Assembly: GCF_009834535.1 (NCBI RefSeq)
Contig: NC_045697.1
Coordinates: 188,001-252,000 of the forward strand
Direction: 5' to 3'
Length of the DNA: 64,000 nucleotides
From: Camelus ferus
Lineage: Eukaryota
Positions 59,461 to 64,000 of the stretch are shown in pieces. Positions within the stretch are counted from its first letter, which is position 1; the number at the start of each line of letters is the position of its first letter. The notes under the pieces were generated by a model that did no database searches, was not told where the DNA came from, and saw only the letters and a list, made by a program, of their open reading frames with translations. A program made the translations under genes and the position numbers.

Positions 59461-61919
59461 CCCAGGGGTGGTGTGTCTATGGATATATGTGTGTGGCTGT
59501 GCGTGTGTGGTTGTGTATCTGCATGGTTGTGTGTGTGTGTGGGCCCCACAGGGTGGTGTGTGTCTCTGAGTCTGAGTGCATCAGGGGCTCAGCCTCCGCG
59601 GGGCAGAGGGGCCAGAAGCGCCCAGGACGGGCGTGTGGCGGGCCCCTGGGTGTGCCAGGCAGGGCGGCCACTGGCCTGGAGCTGCTGGCAACTGCTCTGG
59701 TCACGGCAGCAAGGCCCTAATTTCTCCGCCTTGCCAGCCACCACTTTCCTCATGAGCTCCTGATTCACAGGCAACAATAAACACCTCCCGGACACACTCC
59801 GTGGCTCAGCCCACAGGACAAGACATGTAATTACAGCCTCGGAGCGCAGCCCTGGCCCTTAGCGCCTGGGGAGCACAGCGGCGGCCGCCAGCATCGCAGT
59901 GGGAGGGAAGCGCACTGGTTAGCGCTGTGGGTCAGTGATCTCAGCCCCGGGCAGCTGGTCCCGCAGAAGCCCCCACATACCCACACCCCTCGGTAGGGGT
60001 GAAGCCAGCCATCCAGTCACCCTGGGTGCTCCCTTGTGAGGGGAGCACAGGCTGGGCTGCTCCCCACCTGCCATCCTGTCTCTGTGTTTGTGTCTGTGTG
60101 TCTGTCTCTGTCTGTGGTTGTGCATCTGTGGTTGTGTGTGTGTCCCCCAGCTATGCCCTCCCGTCTATTCCCTGCCACCCCAGCACGGGCTCCGAAGGTC
60201 CCACCTCTATCCTCTCACCCTTGATGACCCCTCACATGCGCTGCCCAAGGCTGGCTGAGTCCAGGCTCGGGAACAGGCCCGTGTTTGGAAGGGCCCCCAG
60301 CTCTGTCCTGCCTGCTTCTCTCTGAACCGGTGACCACTCCGCTTTTCCACTCTGAGGCCCGTGGCGCTCCGGGTGCTGCGTCCTGCTCTGTTACGGCACA
60401 GACCCGCGCAACACCGAGCCCAGAGAAACTCCCTTTCCTGCAGATATTTGCACCACATGCTGCCTTTGCCAGGGACTCAGGAGTGAACCCCCCTGCCCCT
60501 GCCACCCCATCGTGGAAGGCCAGCAGCTGGTGGGGGGAAGGGAACAACTTTTGGTTGACTGCTCTGGGCTGAAACTGGACATCCGTCAGGCTGGGCCATG
60601 CCTACACCACGTGGGCCCTCCTAGCTGCCGGAAACCACTGCGGAGGGGGGCCAAGGCCAAGGCCAACCTGCCACCACTGTCACGGTGGGGATGGAAGCCT
60701 GCCCAGACAGTGGCCAATGGCACAGATACAGACTCTCACACAAACCCAGAGCCTCACAGTTAGTTTCAGACACGCCTGCACAACTTTGCAAAGCAGATTT
60801 TGAGCCAGTGACTCAAGGGAAAGTAGGTCATACACCAAGCTGCCGACTGACAGGCTCCTCCCGCAGGTCCCAGGTGACGAGGCCGCAGTCTCTCACCCCC
60901 GGCGCTGCTGTCCCTGGCAGCTGGGAGGGGGAGGAAGGGACGGGCCCCGCCATCCAGCCCCTCCCCACCTGCGCATCGGTGGACCCTTTAATGCAAATCC
61001 CCCCAACAAGCTCGTTGAGGAGAGTGCCTGCATCCCACTCAGTCTCGCCCACATCTCTCTCCTGGGAGGGAGTGCGTAGTTGCTGCAGTGGGGGCTGGAG
61101 GGGCCACCCTGAAGGGCAGGTTGGAGCCCAAATCTTGCTCCCCCAACACATCACGTGGCCACAGGCCTGCTGAGCAAATGGGCATTGACTGAGCACCAGC
61201 TGTGTGCTGAGCTCTGCTCCACCAGGAGCTGACCCTTCTGGCTCCAGGACTGGCCCCCACCCCGGACCCGGCATCCGTGTCCTGCCTCCACTTGACCTCT
61301 GGGCTGGCCCACGTGGCCCAAGAGGAGGAGGCAGAGGAGGCCAAGGGAGGAGCTGCCCCAGCAGGCCGAGGGGAGAGCTGAGGGCCGGATGGCCTCTCCT
61401 CGGCCAGGGGCAGCAGACTGGTGTACATTCCCACTGGCGGGCAGGCTGCAGAGCCACTCTCAGTCTGTGTGGGACCTGTTCTTGGGATGTCCACTGCGCC
61501 CCGACAGCCAGGGCCCAAGCTTCCAACTGCGGGAGGCTTGGGGTCCAGCAGCTGCCCTGTGCTGACCATGCAGGGGGTAGGGGCGGGAGCCAACGCCCCA
61601 GTCCCTTCCCTCGCTCTTCTCTGAGCTTCCACTTCTCGGGTGACTAGTGGAGGGGAACGCACAGGTCGGGGTGGCAGGTCCAAGTGCCTCCTCAACAGTC
61701 AGGTGAAGCAGCAGGGGCACGACCCCAGTGCAGGACAGGGCGGGGGCACCTTTCTATCCAGGAGCGAGTCCCCTACTTGGGGGGCAGGTTATGCAGAAAC
61801 CCCACAGCTGGACTCCCCACACCTGGAACAGTGCCCGGCACTTGGTAGGTCTCAGCGAATATTTGACAAATAGTAAGTTTTTAAAATTTAAGAGACTGAT
61901 GTCAGGTTCTCAGCCACAA

Positions 61920-63830
61920 ACGAAACCTTAGGAAGCCCTACAGCTAACATCACAGTCTGTGATGAAGTACTGAGCACTCTTCAGCAAAGGACGCTCCCAG
62001 TTCCCTGGTGCTGGGGGCCTGGCCGTGGCACTAAGGCAAGAGAAGGATGGAAGCATAAAGATTGAAGAGGAAGCAAAAATTGTCTTTATTAACAAACAAC
62101 ATACCATCTATGCAGGAAATTCGAAGGACTCTACAAACCACTGTTGGAACCAGTGAGTGACTCTGGCAAGGCCACAAGCTACGTGATCAGCAAACACCCG
62201 GATCTCCATACACGGCAGCTAGCAGCTGGAGGGTGACACTTACAGACAGCGCCACGAGCAATCCTGACAGAGCATGACGTGTCTGTGGCTGTGTGTTTAA
62301 TAGATGTGCAAGCCTGTTTTGCCTGAAACTACAGAATTGTTGCCAGAAATTAAAACGACCTGAAAGAACAGAGAGATACACCGTGTTCACGGGCTCATCC
62401 CTGCCATGCAATCGGGGACTTTTGACTGATCTATAGATTCAGTGCAATCCCAAACAAAATGCAAACAGGCTCTTTTGAATAAATTTACTGCCTGATTCTG
62501 AAATGTATGTGGAAATGGCAGAACATCTAGAGCAGATGAAACAACTCTGCAGACGGAGAACAACTTCAGAGGACTTAACGGTGCTTGCTTTCAAGATTTC
62601 CTGCAGTTGAGACAACATGGTATTGACAAAGAATTGACATCTGGATCCGCGGAACAGAACAGGCAGTCCAGAAATAGACCCACTCATACGTGGCCAATTG
62701 ACTTTTTGACAAAGCTGCAAAGATATTTCAGTGAGGAGAGGACAGTCTTTTCGTAAGTGGCCCTGAAATAAGGAGAGATTCCCATGCAAGCAAACAAGCA
62801 AGCTTCTCCCCTTGCCGCACGCCTTCCGTGGGGCTCAGTAACAGACGTGATGTGAAAACCAAAAGGGCAGCATTTCCACAGGAAAGCACAAGAGAAAACT
62901 CCTCGTGACCCTGACTTAGGTAACGATTCCTTACACAGGTGACAAAAAGCATGAACCTTGAAAGAAAAATTTGATAAATTGGACTTCACCAACATTAAAA
63001 ACTTTCCTTCTTCAAAAGACACTGTTAGAAAAAAAGAAAAGAAAAAGCTAGTCTGAGAGAGTATATTTGCAAACCATGCATTCGACAGAGGGCCCTTACC
63101 CAGAATACATGAGGAGCTCTCACAGCTCAGCGACAAGAACACGAAACACCTGATTTTCAAATAGAAGATTTGAACATTTCACCAGAGAAGAGCTACACAC
63201 GACAGCTGAGCACGGAAGAGACGCGCTGGCTGTGACAGACAGAGCCGGTCCCCGTGAGGGGCCACTAAGGACACAAACACAGTCACGGGCGGCACCACTG
63301 CACGGCTACTCAAACGTCAACGGCGAGGGAGATGGACCACAGCAAGTGCTGGGAGGCCCTGGAGCGGCCAGCACCCTCGGCCACTGCTGGTGGGCAGGTA
63401 AGTGGTGTGAGCGGTTTGGCATTTTCTTACAAAGTTACATGGCACCCACTGCGTGGCCGGCAACCCCACTCCTAGACATTTACCCAAGAGAAACGGGAAC
63501 ATAAGTTCACTAACCACCGGCCACGGGAATGAGCAGCCTAACCTGTAAAAGCCCACACCAGAGCCACCCCCGTGTCCATCAGCAGGTGAATGGTGGTCCG
63601 TCCACGCAGGTGCACTGATGCTCGCAGCAACTTGGAAGAATCTCAACATCTTTACATGTGAAAAAAGCCAAGCACAAATGATACGATTTCATTTCTATAC
63701 ACAGAAGAGCAAATCAGTGCATGGTGACCACAAGCACATCGGGGCCCAGGGCAGACGGCAGGCGGACTGCAAAGGGGCCGCAAGACAGTCGGAACGCACA
63801 GAAAGGGACCTTGAACTGGGCAGCAGTTGC
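61920..63830 (+). mobile_element. Old L1 ORF2/3' region
   Basis: gatctatagattcagtgcaatccc...ccagaaatagacccac...aaatttgataaattggacttcaccaacattaaaaac...caaccccactcctagacatttacccaagagaaac. Confidence 0.85.
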
Positions 63831-64000
63831 CATGCCTACGTCACACCGCAACCAAACTGACCGGAGTCCCTAGCAAAACAGACACTAGAGACACGGCGCA
63901 GACCGTCCTGCTGATCATCACCCAGTCAAACCACAAACAAACCACCAGAGAGACGACCAAACCCTAACTTTGTAAGTTTCAGTTTTAGAAACATGCACCT

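Noticed and set aside
58661..59569. 302-aa + strand ORF
   Set aside because: Antisense shadow of the CPLX1 exon plus a (TG)n-encoded CV repeat.

Overview
GC-rich mammalian genomic DNA, most likely camelid (two Vic-1-like tRNA-derived SINEs). It holds two convergent genes. PCGF3 (+ strand): all 8 coding exons (17020-43893) splice at GT-AG sites into a 729-nt CDS (242 aa; RING + RAWUL Polycomb protein), with a ~3.5-kb 3'UTR to ~47410. Its promoter and exon 1 appear to lie upstream of the window. CPLX1 (- strand): the last two coding exons (59149-59324, 54266-54463) and a 3'UTR to ~52550; the ATG exon lies beyond the right edge. Between the two 3' ends is an orphan CpG-island promoter (E-box, two opposed CCAAT boxes, GC box, (CGG)13). 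The rest is intron rich in L1, L2, MaLR/ERV LTR, hAT-Charlie and Tigger relics, including a nearly complete MaLR provirus with a nested L1 and SINE. The best leads are a reconstituted 5' splice site at the PCGF3 exon5/6 junction, the intergenic CpG island, phased octamer and CCAAT repeats plus a CTCF site in the last CPLX1 intron, and miR-135/137 seed sites. I see no evidence for a wholly new gene system. Repeat boundaries and subfamily names are approximate and recognised from memory, not from a database search.
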